Source of the DNA: Rugosibacter sp.
GTDB taxonomy: Bacteria; Pseudomonadota; Gammaproteobacteria; Burkholderiales; Rhodocyclaceae
NCBI GenBank assembly: GCA_036569545.1
Contig: DATCQI010000003.1
Coordinates: forward strand, 1-60,653
Direction: 5' to 3'
DNA: 60,653 bases
Shown here: in pieces, positions 18,895-29,910 of the stretch
Position numbering within the stretch: the first letter of the stretch is position 1
How the letters are laid out: every line of letters begins with the position of its first letter
Program-made: the position numbers and the translations under genes
Notes under the pieces: generated by a model
What the model was told of the DNA's origin: nothing
The model's input: only the letters and a program-made list of their open reading frames with translations
The model's database searches: none

Positions 18895-19758
18895 TCAAAT
18901 AAAAGCCAGCGGATGTTGATCCATACCTCGGGCAACAAAGCCCTGCATCGATGACGGCAAGGCGGTATGCGCCGCATCAGCAGCCGCTGCCGTATCAAAG
19001 GCGACAAAACAACATGCGCCGGATCCACTCATGCGCGCGTCGCCCCATGTACGCAGCCAGTCCAGATGCCGCGCCACTTCCGGATGAAGCGCAGTAACAA
19101 CGGCTTCCAGATCATTGTGGCCCGCGCCCGGATACCAGCTACTAACCCCCATTGCCGGAGTGTCACGGCGCAGGTCCGACGCCGCAAAAATCTGTGCTGT
19201 AGGCACGGCAACCGGCGGCACCAACACCAAATACCAGGCGGGCGGAGGTGTGACATCAGTGAAGCACTCGCCCACGCCTTCGGCAAACGCGGTATGCCCA
19301 TGAATAAATATTGGTACATCAGCACCCAGCCTCAAACCAATGCGTTGTAACTGCTCACGATCAAGCCCTGTGCGCCATAAATAATTCAGCACAATCAATG
19401 TCGTTGCCGCATCGGAACTGCCCCCGCCCAACCCGCCACCCAGCGGCAGACGCTTATCGACGTGCAAGGTAACCCCACGCTGGGCGTCCCGCGCCGCCGA
19501 TGCAGAAGCTGCGAGGAGTGCTGCTGCGCGCACCGCCAAATGGTTTTCATCTGCTACCCCAGGCAGCGGCGTCGCCAGTACGATACGGCCATCCTGGCGA
19601 GGCTCGTAGCGTAGGGTGTCACCCACATCCAAAAACCGGAATACGGTTTGCAGCAAGTGGTACCCATCCGCGCGACGGCCAATGACATGCAAAAACAAGT
19701 TGATCTTGGCGGGTGCAAACCATTCATGCGACCAGTCAAGAGGCCATTCATTCGCCAT
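18895..19758 (-). CDS. ispE: 4-(cytidine 5'-diphospho)-2-C-methyl-D-erythritol kinase
   Basis: APAKINLFL, GYH.LQT, P.GGGLGGGSSDAA, LGADVP, MSGSG. Confidence 0.96.
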   Translation of the reverse strand: MANEWPLDWSHEWFAPAKINLFLHVIGRRADGYHLLQTVFRFLDVGDTLRYEPRQDGRIVLATPLPGVADENHLAVRAAALLAASASAARDAQRGVTLHVDKRLPLGGGLGGGSSDAATTLIVLNYLWRTGLDREQLQRIGLRLGADVPIFIHGHTAFAEGVGECFTDVTPPPAWYLVLVPPVAVPTAQIFAASDLRRDTPAMGVSSWYPGAGHNDLEAVVTALHPEVARHLDWLRTWGDARMSGSGACCFVAFDTAAAADAAHTALPSSMQGFVARGMDQHPLAFI

Positions 19759-19762
19759 CGCG

Positions 19763-20350
19763 TCATTCACCCGGGAATTCCCAGGAGTCCACAATGAGCT
19801 TCAATGTCACGTCCTCGCGCGTGACAATCATTGTGCGCAAAAGTCGGCGCTGGTGAGACGGCGCTGAGAAAGCCCCCGCAGGATATAGCGTGGTATCGGT
19901 CACCGAGACGCGCCAGCCATCAACCTCGCCTTGCAATTCAGGCCGCGCGCCGCGCAGCCAGTCGGTCAGGCTATCCAGTGGTAGCGCAGTGCCAAATAGT
20001 CGCAGAGTGAGTTCCGGCAGACTATTCGCCTCCACTAGCGGCTGATTCGGTTGCGTCAGTCGCGCAGTCGTCGCATCTCGCCGGATTTCAGCCAGCCCTT
20101 GACCGAGCGGCGAGATAAAGAGCACCACGTCTTCTGCTGCTGTGTGCTGCCAACGAAAGCCCACATGATCCTGGCGCTTATCCTGTTGCAAAGAGAGCCT
20201 GCCTTCGGCTACAAAGCTGTCTAATGGGGGCCCTAACAACAGCGCGGATGCGTTTGCAGTCACCCCTGCACCAGATGCGGCCGGAAATTGCGCACAAGCT
20301 GCCACGCCAAGCAAAAGGCAGGCAACAAGAAAAATATGCCGCAATCGCAT
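19763..20350 (-). CDS. lolB: Outer-membrane lipoprotein insertase LolB
   Basis: Lipobox VAAC, SPLGQ and LP...L..WL.G motifs; upstream of ispE. Confidence 0.85.
   Translation of the reverse strand: MRLRHIFLVACLLLGVAACAQFPAASGAGVTANASALLLGPPLDSFVAEGRLSLQQDKRQDHVGFRWQHTAAEDVVLFISPLGQGLAEIRRDATTARLTQPNQPLVEANSLPELTLRLFGTALPLDSLTDWLRGARPELQGEVDGWRVSVTDTTLYPAGAFSAPSHQRRLLRTMIVTREDVTLKLIVDSWEFPGE
19839..19861 (+). repeat. Dispersed 23-bp motif, copy 5 (22/23)
   Basis: AAAAGTCGGCGCTGGTGAGACGG inside lolB (peptide PSHQRRL). Confidence 0.88.
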
Positions 20351-22107
20351 CAAGGAACAAATCGCTTGATGGTTATTGCCAACGCCTCATTTTTCGGATT
20401 CGCCAGCGTCGCATCGCGCCAGAGTTTGATGGCTTCGTCGTGACGCCCCAACGACCATAGTACTTCGCCCGCATGTGCGGCGATTTCGGCATCGGGCTTG
20501 AGCGCATAGGCTTTTTGCAAAGTCGCCAAAGCTTCAGTCGCCTGACCCTGCCTAAACAACGCCCAGCCTTTGCTATCCAGGATAAAGGGATCACCGGGTT
20601 TGAGCGCAAGCGCTTTATCGATCAGTTGCGTAGCTTCAGCAAGGCTCACTTTACGGTCGGCCAGCGAATAACCCAGCGCGTTATATGCCATGGCGTCATC
20701 TGGTTTTAATTTGATCAAATGCCGCAAATGCCGTTCCATCGTCGTCACGTCATTCAGTTTTTCTGCCGCGAGCGCCGTCTCGTAGAGTAAATCTGGATCC
20801 TCCGGTTGGGCTTCCAGCGCAGCACTGAGCATGGCATACATCTCGGCAAAATGCCCACCCTCACGCAACAATTGCGCCTCGGCAATAATCAGGCGGCTGT
20901 CGGTGGGTGCGCTGGCACGTGCAATTGCAATCTGTTCGCGCGCCTCATCGAGCTTGCTCTGCTGCACCAGCAACTGCGCTGCGCGTACGTGCGCCGGGAC
21001 TTTTTGTTCGCCTGCCGCAACCGCACGATACCAATCGAGCGCCTCATCATTTCGCCCCTCATGCTCCGCAATCTGGCCGAGGTAAAACCGCGCCGAATCT
21101 TGATCTCCTCGTCCCAGCATCATGAAATGCTTGAGCGTCTTTTCGGCTGTAGCAACATCATTTAGCTGCAACGAGAGTATGCCAACGGCAAACAATACAT
21201 CCGGGTTTTCCGGGTTCAACTGTAGCAGTGTTTCAAATTCCTTTCGTGCGTCGTCATAGCGCTTTCCCTCTACCAGGGTACGGGCATAGCCCAAGCGCAC
21301 ATCATGGGCTGACGGGTTAGCCGCAAGAAAGCGTTTCAGGTAATGGAGTTGCGGTTCGCCCGATTCAAGCAAGCCGGCTTTCAACAATACGGCAGACTCC
21401 CATGTGGGGCGCAACGCTAGCGCTTGATCCACTTCGCTCATGGCACCGGCTTTGTCATTCACTGCCAGTGCCGTTTGCGCACGTACCCAATGCGCCTCGG
21501 GCAATGCGGTATAGGGCCGGGTGAGTTGATCGAGCAAGCGCTTGACTGCCGCCTTGTCGGGATAACTTGCGAAAATACGTTGTTGCTGAAGAAGCAGCTC
21601 ACCTGTGCGCGGGCCGGCATTTTCAAGCTCATGTGCCAGATTAGCGGCCAACTCATCCAGCTTGCCACTGGCCAGCAACAAGGTTGATAGCATCCGCTGC
21701 GCTTCTTTCGCTTGCGGATCAACTGCTACCCACATGCGTGCGGCCTCCAGCGCGGTGGGATACTGCCGTGCATATAACGCTATTTCTGCGGCACGACGCA
21801 CAATGCGCGGGTCGCGCGTATTTTTCGCCAGATCAAAATACACCTCGGCGGCAGTTGCCATCTGGCCACGTTGACCGGCGATTTCAGCCAGCAAAAATTC
21901 ATAGAGAATTTTTCCCGTCAAGATCATTTTTGGCAAGCGGCCATCCTCTTTAGCAGCCATTACCGCCTCAGATGTTTGCTCTACGGCTGACGTTGGCGAA
22001 TCTTGTGCTTGCACAGAGCCACCGTAAAAAAACAAAGCCAGCACCATGGGACGCAATATTGGCCGCAACGTCAACTGCAGAACGTGTCGCAAGACACCGG
22101 ATGTCAT
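20350..22107 (-). CDS. Exported TPR-repeat protein
   Basis: Many TPRs, NALGYSLAD, DS.GW and EIAAH.GEVLW motifs; conserved upstream of lolB. Start uncertain (22047-22128). Confidence 0.85.
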   Translation of the reverse strand: MTSGVLRHVLQLTLRPILRPMVLALFFYGGSVQAQDSPTSAVEQTSEAVMAAKEDGRLPKMILTGKILYEFLLAEIAGQRGQMATAAEVYFDLAKNTRDPRIVRRAAEIALYARQYPTALEAARMWVAVDPQAKEAQRMLSTLLLASGKLDELAANLAHELENAGPRTGELLLQQQRIFASYPDKAAVKRLLDQLTRPYTALPEAHWVRAQTALAVNDKAGAMSEVDQALALRPTWESAVLLKAGLLESGEPQLHYLKRFLAANPSAHDVRLGYARTLVEGKRYDDARKEFETLLQLNPENPDVLFAVGILSLQLNDVATAEKTLKHFMMLGRGDQDSARFYLGQIAEHEGRNDEALDWYRAVAAGEQKVPAHVRAAQLLVQQSKLDEAREQIAIARASAPTDSRLIIAEAQLLREGGHFAEMYAMLSAALEAQPEDPDLLYETALAAEKLNDVTTMERHLRHLIKLKPDDAMAYNALGYSLADRKVSLAEATQLIDKALALKPGDPFILDSKGWALFRQGQATEALATLQKAYALKPDAEIAAHAGEVLWSLGRHDEAIKLWRDATLANPKNEALAITIKRFVP

Positions 22108-22196
22108 CGGATAATCAATAGAATTCATAAGCAAGGTACCCAGTAAAACTGTCGCATACAATGCGGGGATGTTATCAGTTTCGTATGACTTTCCGT

Positions 22197-23027
22197 ATGC
22201 CCGAGCTGCCCGAAGTTGAAGTTACTTGCCGTGGTATTGCCCCTGCGCTGGTTGGTCGGCGTCTCACCGGCGCCGACTTTCGCGCCCCTGCGCTACGCTA
22301 TCCGCTACCTCATGCACAGCGGGCGGCTTTTGTTGGCCAGCGGCTGATCTCGCTCACCCGGCGCGCAAAATATCTGTTGTTGAATTTTGGCACGGGTCAC
22401 TTGTTAATCCATTTGGGCATGTCGGGCAGCCTGCGATTATTGCCAACCCGCACCGCTGCGCCAGCGCAAAAGCATGACCATGTTGATTTGGTCTTTGATG
22501 AAACCATGCTGCGCATGCGCGACCCGCGACGCTTTGGTGCCATGCTTTGGTTGGCTGGCGACGGGCTTAACGATATTCATACGCATCCCTTGCTGGCCAA
22601 GCTCGGCATCGAACCGCTCGATGAGGCATTCGACGCCCACTGGTTAAAGACAGAACTCGCGGGCCTTAAATCAGCCATCAAACCCGTGCTGATGGATAGC
22701 CAGCGCATCGTCGGCATCGGCAATATTTACGCCACGGAAAGCCTCTTTCGTGCAGGCATTAATCCGCGCACAGCAGCCGGGAGAATCTCCCTGACGCGCC
22801 TGCAACGCCTGGTGCCCATCATAAAAACCACCCTGCACGCAGCGATTGAAGCCGGCGGCAGCAGTCTGCGCGATTTCATTCATTCAGACGGCAGCTCAGG
22901 CTATTTTCAACAGCATTATTTTGCTTATGGCCGCACGGGCCAGCCCTGCCGAATTTGCGGCCAGGCGATCCGTGAAATAAAGCAGGCGCAACGCACAACG
23001 TTTTACTGTACGCATTGCCAGCGGTAA
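22197..23027 (+). CDS. mutM: Formamidopyrimidine-DNA glycosylase
   Basis: MPELPEVE, HLGMSG, DPRRFG, GIGNIY; C-terminal zinc finger. Confidence 0.97.
   Translation: MPELPEVEVTCRGIAPALVGRRLTGADFRAPALRYPLPHAQRAAFVGQRLISLTRRAKYLLLNFGTGHLLIHLGMSGSLRLLPTRTAAPAQKHDHVDLVFDETMLRMRDPRRFGAMLWLAGDGLNDIHTHPLLAKLGIEPLDEAFDAHWLKTELAGLKSAIKPVLMDSQRIVGIGNIYATESLFRAGINPRTAAGRISLTRLQRLVPIIKTTLHAAIEAGGSSLRDFIHSDGSSGYFQQHYFAYGRTGQPCRICGQAIREIKQAQRTTFYCTHCQR
22259..22281 (-). repeat. Dispersed 23-bp motif, copy 6 (19/23)
   Basis: GCGTCTCACCGGCGCCGACTTTC inside mutM (peptide RLTGADF). Confidence 0.7.
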
Positions 23028-23033
23028 CTGTTT

Positions 23034-23312
<279 letters not shown>

Positions 23313-23333
23313 TTAAGCTGTACCGGCACAAAT

Positions 23334-24363
<1,030 letters not shown>

Positions 24364-24378
24364 GCGTTGCAAATAGGC

Positions 24379-25689
24379 TTAATCAGCCGCCACAATAACT
24401 GTCACCAAGTGATCCCGTAGAACATGGCGCGCAAACGCATCATGCACCTGGGTGACTGTCACTGCATTGACCCGTGCCGGAAAATCATCCAGATACGTGA
24501 GTGGCAAACCATAAAACCCAATGGTCGATAAATAGCCAAGCAACTTGGCGTTGCTATCCAGACGCAGGGCCAAGCCATCAACAAGATTTTTTTTCGCTTC
24601 GATCAACTCTTTCGCTGTCGGGCCTTGCGCCATGAAAGTGCTTAACACGTCATTAACAACTTTAATTGCGTCATTGACCTGCGAACGCTTGGTTTGCAAG
24701 CTGATTTCAAAAGGCCCAAGCAAGCGTTGCGGATAAAAATAAGAACTCACGCTATAGGCATAGCCTCGTTTTTCGCGCACTTCTTTCATCAATCGTGAGG
24801 CAAAACCACCACCGCCCAAGCTGTAATTACCTACCAGCAGGGCAAAATAATCCGCATCGCCACGCCGCACAGCAGGCAGCCCAATATATACATGGCTTTG
24901 TGCGGCAGGATGCGGGACTTTAATCGTCTGACTTTTTGGCAGCGTTACAGGCGGCAAGACAACGGGCACACCGCCAGCAGGCAAGGCCTGCGATAACTGA
25001 TTAGCGATAGCTTCCGCTTCGGTGCGCGAAATATCGCCAATGAGAGAGATCGTCGCATTTTTAGCCGCATAGTGTTGTTGATAAAAATCGATGAGATCTT
25101 GCCGCGTGATGGCGGCCACACTCTCTGCAGTTGCGCTGACACCATAAGGATGATCTGGATAAATCGCTGCGGCGAATCGCTTGGCGGCGATCGCACCCGG
25201 CTGCGTATCCGCTTCACGGATGGCGGCGATGCTGCGCTCTTTTTCACGCGCGAGTATGGCTTCAGGAAAAGTCGGCGCTGACAATACGGTACGCATGAGC
25301 GCTAATGCGGCCTCACGTTCCGGTTTTGCAGAAAGCGTGCGCAACACCACGCTGGCGCGGTCGTTATCAACTCCACCGCCCAGTTGAGCGCCGGTATCCG
25401 TCAGGCGTTCAGCCAACTTTTCTTCATCCAGATCACCCGCGCCAGCTTCCAGCAAACTACGTGTGAGACCAGGCAACCCGGCTTTGCCTGGCACCAAATA
25501 CACATTACCCGCAGCAAAATCGAACTCCACATCCAGGATGGGCAAGCCACGGGCTTCAACGAAATACACGCGCGCGCCGGCGGCCGTAGTCCAGTGTTCT
25601 ATTTTTACGCCTGCAGTGGCCCCTGCGGAAACGCACGCAAGGATAAGAAAAGAAAAAAAGGCTTTCACCGAATGCATTTTCATGGTCAT
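24379..25689 (-). CDS. M16-family peptidase-like subunit lacking HxxEH
   Basis: Signal peptide, LGGGGFASRL..EVREKRG.AY motif; no HxxEH. Confidence 0.85.
   Translation of the reverse strand: MTMKMHSVKAFFSFLILACVSAGATAGVKIEHWTTAAGARVYFVEARGLPILDVEFDFAAGNVYLVPGKAGLPGLTRSLLEAGAGDLDEEKLAERLTDTGAQLGGGVDNDRASVVLRTLSAKPEREAALALMRTVLSAPTFPEAILAREKERSIAAIREADTQPGAIAAKRFAAAIYPDHPYGVSATAESVAAITRQDLIDFYQQHYAAKNATISLIGDISRTEAEAIANQLSQALPAGGVPVVLPPVTLPKSQTIKVPHPAAQSHVYIGLPAVRRGDADYFALLVGNYSLGGGGFASRLMKEVREKRGYAYSVSSYFYPQRLLGPFEISLQTKRSQVNDAIKVVNDVLSTFMAQGPTAKELIEAKKNLVDGLALRLDSNAKLLGYLSTIGFYGLPLTYLDDFPARVNAVTVTQVHDAFARHVLRDHLVTVIVAAD
25267..25289 (+). repeat. Dispersed 23-bp motif, copy 7 (20/23)
   Basis: AAAAGTCGGCGCTGACAATACGG inside the second M16 gene (peptide VLSAPTF). 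Confidence 0.75.
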
Positions 25690-25742
25690 AAACTTTCTGC
25701 AGCTAAGGGTTATCAAATGAATCGGATTGTTATTTGCACCCA

Positions 25743-27128
25743 CTAATGCAGCGCCTTGACTGCAGGTCCTGCGGAAGACTTGGTATCAGTGGCATTCATC
25801 GGCTGCGGGTCAAGTATGGCGATAGTCAACGTGTCATCCTTGAAATATTTTTTAGCTACGGCCTGAACCTCTGCTGCGGTGACGTCTTTGAGTTGATCAA
25901 CCAGCAGATCAACATCTCGCCACGACAAGCCAACGGCCTCCACGCCGCCAATTTCCATCGCCTGCGCCATGAGCGAATCCCGCTTATAGGTTTGCCCGGC
26001 AATGAGCTGGATTTTCACACGGGCGAGTTCCTCTGGCGTAATACCAGCCTCTTGTATGCGAGTAATTTCTGCGCGCAAGGCAGTCTCTAGCTCAGCCACA
26101 CTGCGCCCCTCTGCCGGCTGGCCATCCAGGGTGAACGTCGCTTCGCCACGCACCATGCCGTCATAACTCGCACCGGCCGATTGCGCAACGCGCGTGCCCC
26201 GCACCAGGTTTTTTGCCAGGCGCGAAGCATCATTTCCATCGAGAATCCCCGCTAGAACTTCCAATGCATAGGGGTCGCGATCTTTATGCGCATCGTGCAG
26301 GCGCGGCACTTTCCAGAGCATGGTAATGTAGGGCAACTTGGCCGGGGCCTTGACGCTCGCCCGCCGCCAACCCTTTTGTTCCGGTTCGTTCTGCGGCTTA
26401 CGCTCAGGCAGTGCGTGGGCCTTGATCACCCCATAATATTTTTTTGCCAGTCGAAATACTTCCGTGTGATCGACATCGCCCACTACCACGACATAGGCAT
26501 TGCTCGGCGTATACCACTGGGTATACCAATGATGCGCGTCTTGCCAGGTTAAATGCTCCAGATCGTCCATCCAGCCGATGATCGGGCGACGATAGGGGTG
26601 CGCCAAAAATGCCATGCTCCGGGCTACCTCAAACACCTGCGCCTGCGGATTGTCATCCGTGCGCAAGCGGCGCTCTTCCATCACGACTTTGATTTCCGAA
26701 GCAAAGTCCGCCGGGGTAAAGGCCAGATTGGCCATTCGGTCCGCTTCAAGCTGCATCATTTCAGGCAACGCGACCTTGGGCACAATCTGAAAATAAGCAG
26801 TGTAGTCATAGGAAGTAAAGGCGTTGTCCTGTCCGCCTGCATCAGCCACGCGCTGGCTAAATTCACCCGAGGGCCGTCGCTTCGTGCCTTTGAACATTAA
26901 ATGCTCCAGCGCATGCGCTACACCAGACGTACCGTCTTTTTCGTCCATGCTGCCGGCGCGGTACCAAACCATATGCACTACGATGGGCGCTCGATGATCT
27001 TCTTTAACAATAACGCGCAATCCATTGGGCAAAGTGGTTTCAAATGTATTGAGCGCGGAATTAGCAAAAGTCGGCGCTGGCAAGACGGCGAAAAACAACA
27101 AGGTCGCAACAAAAATAGGTAGTTTCAT
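25743..27128 (-). CDS. M16-family zinc metallopeptidase (catalytic subunit)
   Basis: HALEHLMFKGT (HxxEH), NAFTS.D.T.Y, V.EER; signal peptide. Confidence 0.92.
   Translation of the reverse strand: MKLPIFVATLLFFAVLPAPTFANSALNTFETTLPNGLRVIVKEDHRAPIVVHMVWYRAGSMDEKDGTSGVAHALEHLMFKGTKRRPSGEFSQRVADAGGQDNAFTSYDYTAYFQIVPKVALPEMMQLEADRMANLAFTPADFASEIKVVMEERRLRTDDNPQAQVFEVARSMAFLAHPYRRPIIGWMDDLEHLTWQDAHHWYTQWYTPSNAYVVVVGDVDHTEVFRLAKKYYGVIKAHALPERKPQNEPEQKGWRRASVKAPAKLPYITMLWKVPRLHDAHKDRDPYALEVLAGILDGNDASRLAKNLVRGTRVAQSAGASYDGMVRGEATFTLDGQPAEGRSVAELETALRAEITRIQEAGITPEELARVKIQLIAGQTYKRDSLMAQAMEIGGVEAVGLSWRDVDLLVDQLKDVTAAEVQAVAKKYFKDDTLTIAILDPQPMNATDTKSSAGPAVKALH
27066..27088 (+). repeat. Dispersed 23-bp motif, copy 8 (20/23)
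   Basis: AAAAGTCGGCGCTGGCAAGACGG within the signal-peptide codons of the M16 peptidase (VLPAPTF). Confidence 0.78.
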
Positions 27129-27235
27129 GTTTGGATTGGTAGGTATTCACTGAAAGGTCGATGCGAGAGAGGGCGCTCTGTTAAAATTAGCTCTGCGCGA
27201 CATCTTATCGCTTCCGCCTCTGACATCTCACCCCT

Positions 27236-28300
27236 ATGTTTAGTTTCCTCAAAAAAAAAGATAAGCCATCCACGTCGCACATGCCAGATGCATCGGTCAC
27301 GACAACAAGTGCTCACAAGGAGGCCACAACTGTGGCGTCCGAGCCGCAGACAGCGCAGACAACAACTCCACCCACCTCATGGCGCGACCGACTGAAAACT
27401 GGCCTCTCGCGCACACGCGCAGCACTCACCACGCCACTGGGCGAGCTGTTCAGCCGCAGTCGAATTGATGAAGCGCTGCTGGAGGATCTTGAAACCACCT
27501 TGCTCACCGCCGATTGCGGCGTCGATGCCACGCTGTGGTTGCTGGATGAACTCAAATCAGCCATCAAGAAAAACAAACTTGAAAATCCCTCGCAACTACG
27601 CCAAGTGCTGGCCAACCGGCTGACAACGCTGCTCGCGCCGCTGGAACAGCCGCTGGATGTGACCACCCACAAACCCTTTATCGTGATGATTGCCGGTGTG
27701 AATGGCGCAGGCAAAACCACTTCTATCGGCAAACTGGCGAAACATTTTCAGAGCCAAGGCAAGAGTGTGTTGCTCGCCGCAGGCGACACCTTCCGCGCAG
27801 CGGCGCGTGAGCAACTCAAAGCATGGGGCGAGCGCAACGGCGTTGCCGTCATCGCGCAAGAGTCAGGCGATCCGGCTGCTGTGGTGTTCGACGCGATCAG
27901 CGCCGCGCGCGCGCGAAATATCGATGTCGTCCTTGCCGATACCGCAGGCCGTCTGCCCACGCAATTGCATTTGATGGAAGAAATTGCCAAGGTGCGCCGC
28001 GTCATTCAAAAAATCGACCCTACCGGCCCGCATGAAGTCTTACTGGTGCTGGATGCCAACATTGGCCAGAACGCCGTGCAGCAAGTCAAAGCGTTCGATC
28101 AGTCCATCCACGTGACAGGTCTCGTACTGACCAAACTGGATGGCACCGCCAAAGGCGGCGTGCTGGCCGCCATCGCCCGCCAATGCCCCAAGCCCGTACG
28201 TTTCATTGGCGTGGGCGAAGGCATTGATGATTTGCAACCGTTCCGTGTCAATGAATTTGTCGAAGCATTACTGACAGAACCGGAAAATACCGCCGTTTAA
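27236..28300 (+). CDS. ftsY: Signal recognition particle receptor FtsY
   Basis: GVNGAGKTTSIGKLA, DTFRAAA, DTAGR, TKLDGTAKGG. Confidence 0.97.
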   Translation: MFSFLKKKDKPSTSHMPDASVTTTSAHKEATTVASEPQTAQTTTPPTSWRDRLKTGLSRTRAALTTPLGELFSRSRIDEALLEDLETTLLTADCGVDATLWLLDELKSAIKKNKLENPSQLRQVLANRLTTLLAPLEQPLDVTTHKPFIVMIAGVNGAGKTTSIGKLAKHFQSQGKSVLLAAGDTFRAAAREQLKAWGERNGVAVIAQESGDPAAVVFDAISAARARNIDVVLADTAGRLPTQLHLMEEIAKVRRVIQKIDPTGPHEVLLVLDANIGQNAVQQVKAFDQSIHVTGLVLTKLDGTAKGGVLAAIARQCPKPVRFIGVGEGIDDLQPFRVNEFVEALLTEPENTAV

Positions 28301-28370
28301 GCAAGAAACAGGAGCCTAGGCAGGGCCTCTCAAGCGCATCGCTTATCGGCAGCAAGCTTTTCTCAGCAAG

Positions 28371-28718
28371 TCAGCGCAGACCTTCCAGAAAAGACGCGGG
28401 ACCGAATACGGCGAGCAACGTCAAATCTTCCTCAATATTGAAGAAGGAATGATCGGTTGTTGCACTAACAAAAAGCACCATGCCGGGCCGCACTTCACGT
28501 TCATCATTACCCATACGCAGCCGGGCAAGCCCCTCAAGAACAATGTAAATTTCATCTTCCAAATGTGGTGCCTGCATATCTCGTGCGCCAGCAGGCAGTC
28601 GATACATTGCACAGGACATTTGCGAAGCCCGCAAAAACTCCACGAAACGCGGTTCTGTACCTTCGACTTGTTTTCTCAGATCAGCGAGATCAAACACTTG
28701 CCAATCATGTGCGGACAT
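28371..28718 (-). CDS. Cupin-domain protein
   Basis: PH.EDEIYIVLEG and PG.VLFV.A...HSF cupin motifs; GAAAGG RBS before ATG 28718. Confidence 0.85.
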   Translation of the reverse strand: MSAHDWQVFDLADLRKQVEGTEPRFVEFLRASQMSCAMYRLPAGARDMQAPHLEDEIYIVLEGLARLRMGNDEREVRPGMVLFVSATTDHSFFNIEEDLTLLAVFGPASFLEGLR

Positions 28719-29010
28719 AAGATACCTTTCTTTGCGCCTTGCGCTATAAGTAAACTCGGCGTCCCGGATTGCCCCCACCCACAGCCAAAGTGGCATTGCA
28801 AATAACCGGTTGGCACAAGACCAAAACAATGACTGCTTTCAGTTTATAGACACAACCCCTCATCGGCAACTTGTCTGTTAAATATCCGTTACTGCGCCAG
28901 CCAATAGTAGCCATCGGATAACTGTAAGAATGGACCGCTTCTAGTTTTAACTTCTCTCGCTTTGGCACATAAGCCAAATTGGCGCACCAGGATAGTGCCC
29001 CGATATGCGA

Positions 29011-29673
29011 TCAAAACTCGACTTCAAGTTCCTCGATATCGATCGGCTCAAGTCTTGCCGCAGCAATCCACTCATGCATTTCGGGCATCACCATCACTGT
29101 TTGGCAATAAGCGGCGCAAACAGGATCGAGCGCTACACTGTATGTTAGAAACCGCGTTACCACCGGTGCATACATTGCGTCAGCCATGCCGCGCTGCTTG
29201 CCAAACAGCCAAGGTCCGCCGTAGCGGGTAAAACAATCGCGCCAGATTTCAGTAATCCGCTCGATATCGCCTTTGGCACGCGACCAAATTGAAAAGTTTT
29301 TTACTGTAGTACTAAGATTCATCGGCAGTGCCGAGCGCAGAGCAGAAAATCCAGAGTGCATTTCACCGCAGATAGAGCGGCAGTGCGCCCGCGCAGCCTG
29401 ATCAGCAGGTAACAAGTCAGCCTTCGGCTTGATCTCGTTAAGATATTCAGCGATGGCCAGGGTATCCCAGACAGAAATGCCATCGTGTTCCAGCCGGGGC
29501 ACGAGAACAGAAGGCGAAAGTAGCAGCAACTCGGCCCTGGCTGACGCATCATCAGCAGCAACCAACTGTTCGGCAAATGGCAGCCCGGCAAAACGAACCA
29601 GCAGCCAGCCGCGCAAAGACCATGAAGAATAATTTTTACTGCTCAGGGTGAGGCTTGCTTTGGCCTTGGTCAT
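29011..29673 (-). CDS. Glutathione S-transferase family protein
   Basis: KNYSSWSLR.WL, VP.L, DTLAIAEYL, EMHSGF, ADAMYAPV. Confidence 0.9.
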   Translation of the reverse strand: MTKAKASLTLSSKNYSSWSLRGWLLVRFAGLPFAEQLVAADDASARAELLLLSPSVLVPRLEHDGISVWDTLAIAEYLNEIKPKADLLPADQAARAHCRSICGEMHSGFSALRSALPMNLSTTVKNFSIWSRAKGDIERITEIWRDCFTRYGGPWLFGKQRGMADAMYAPVVTRFLTYSVALDPVCAAYCQTVMVMPEMHEWIAAARLEPIDIEELEVEF

Positions 29674-29774
29674 GGGAAACTCCAGTATCCGGAAAGAATG
29701 AAGGCCCCAGTCAAGCTGGAGCTTGTTAAAGGGATAGTATCCCTTCTACGTGGTATCGTTACAAAATAAGTTAA

Positions 29775-29790
29775 AGCAAAGTGCGTACCA
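29775..29790 (-). promoter_or_regulatory. Candidate sigma54 promoter of the GST gene
   Basis: Minus strand TGGTACGCACTTTGCT, close to TGGCACG-N4-TTGCW, about 100 bp upstream of the GST start. Confidence 0.6.
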
Positions 29791-29910
29791 TGAGAGTCGA
29801 TCCCAATCTTCGATTTAACTTTCCGGGAAATGACTCCCTGGAAAAATAAAACCCATGCACGTATCTTGCTTAGTACTGCGGTAGCACCCCTAATCTGGAA
29901 AGGATTCTTG

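Noticed and set aside
29854-29870. Plus-strand sigma54-like sequence CATGCACGTATCTTGCT before phaZ
   Set aside because: It lacks the invariant -24 GG (reads TG).
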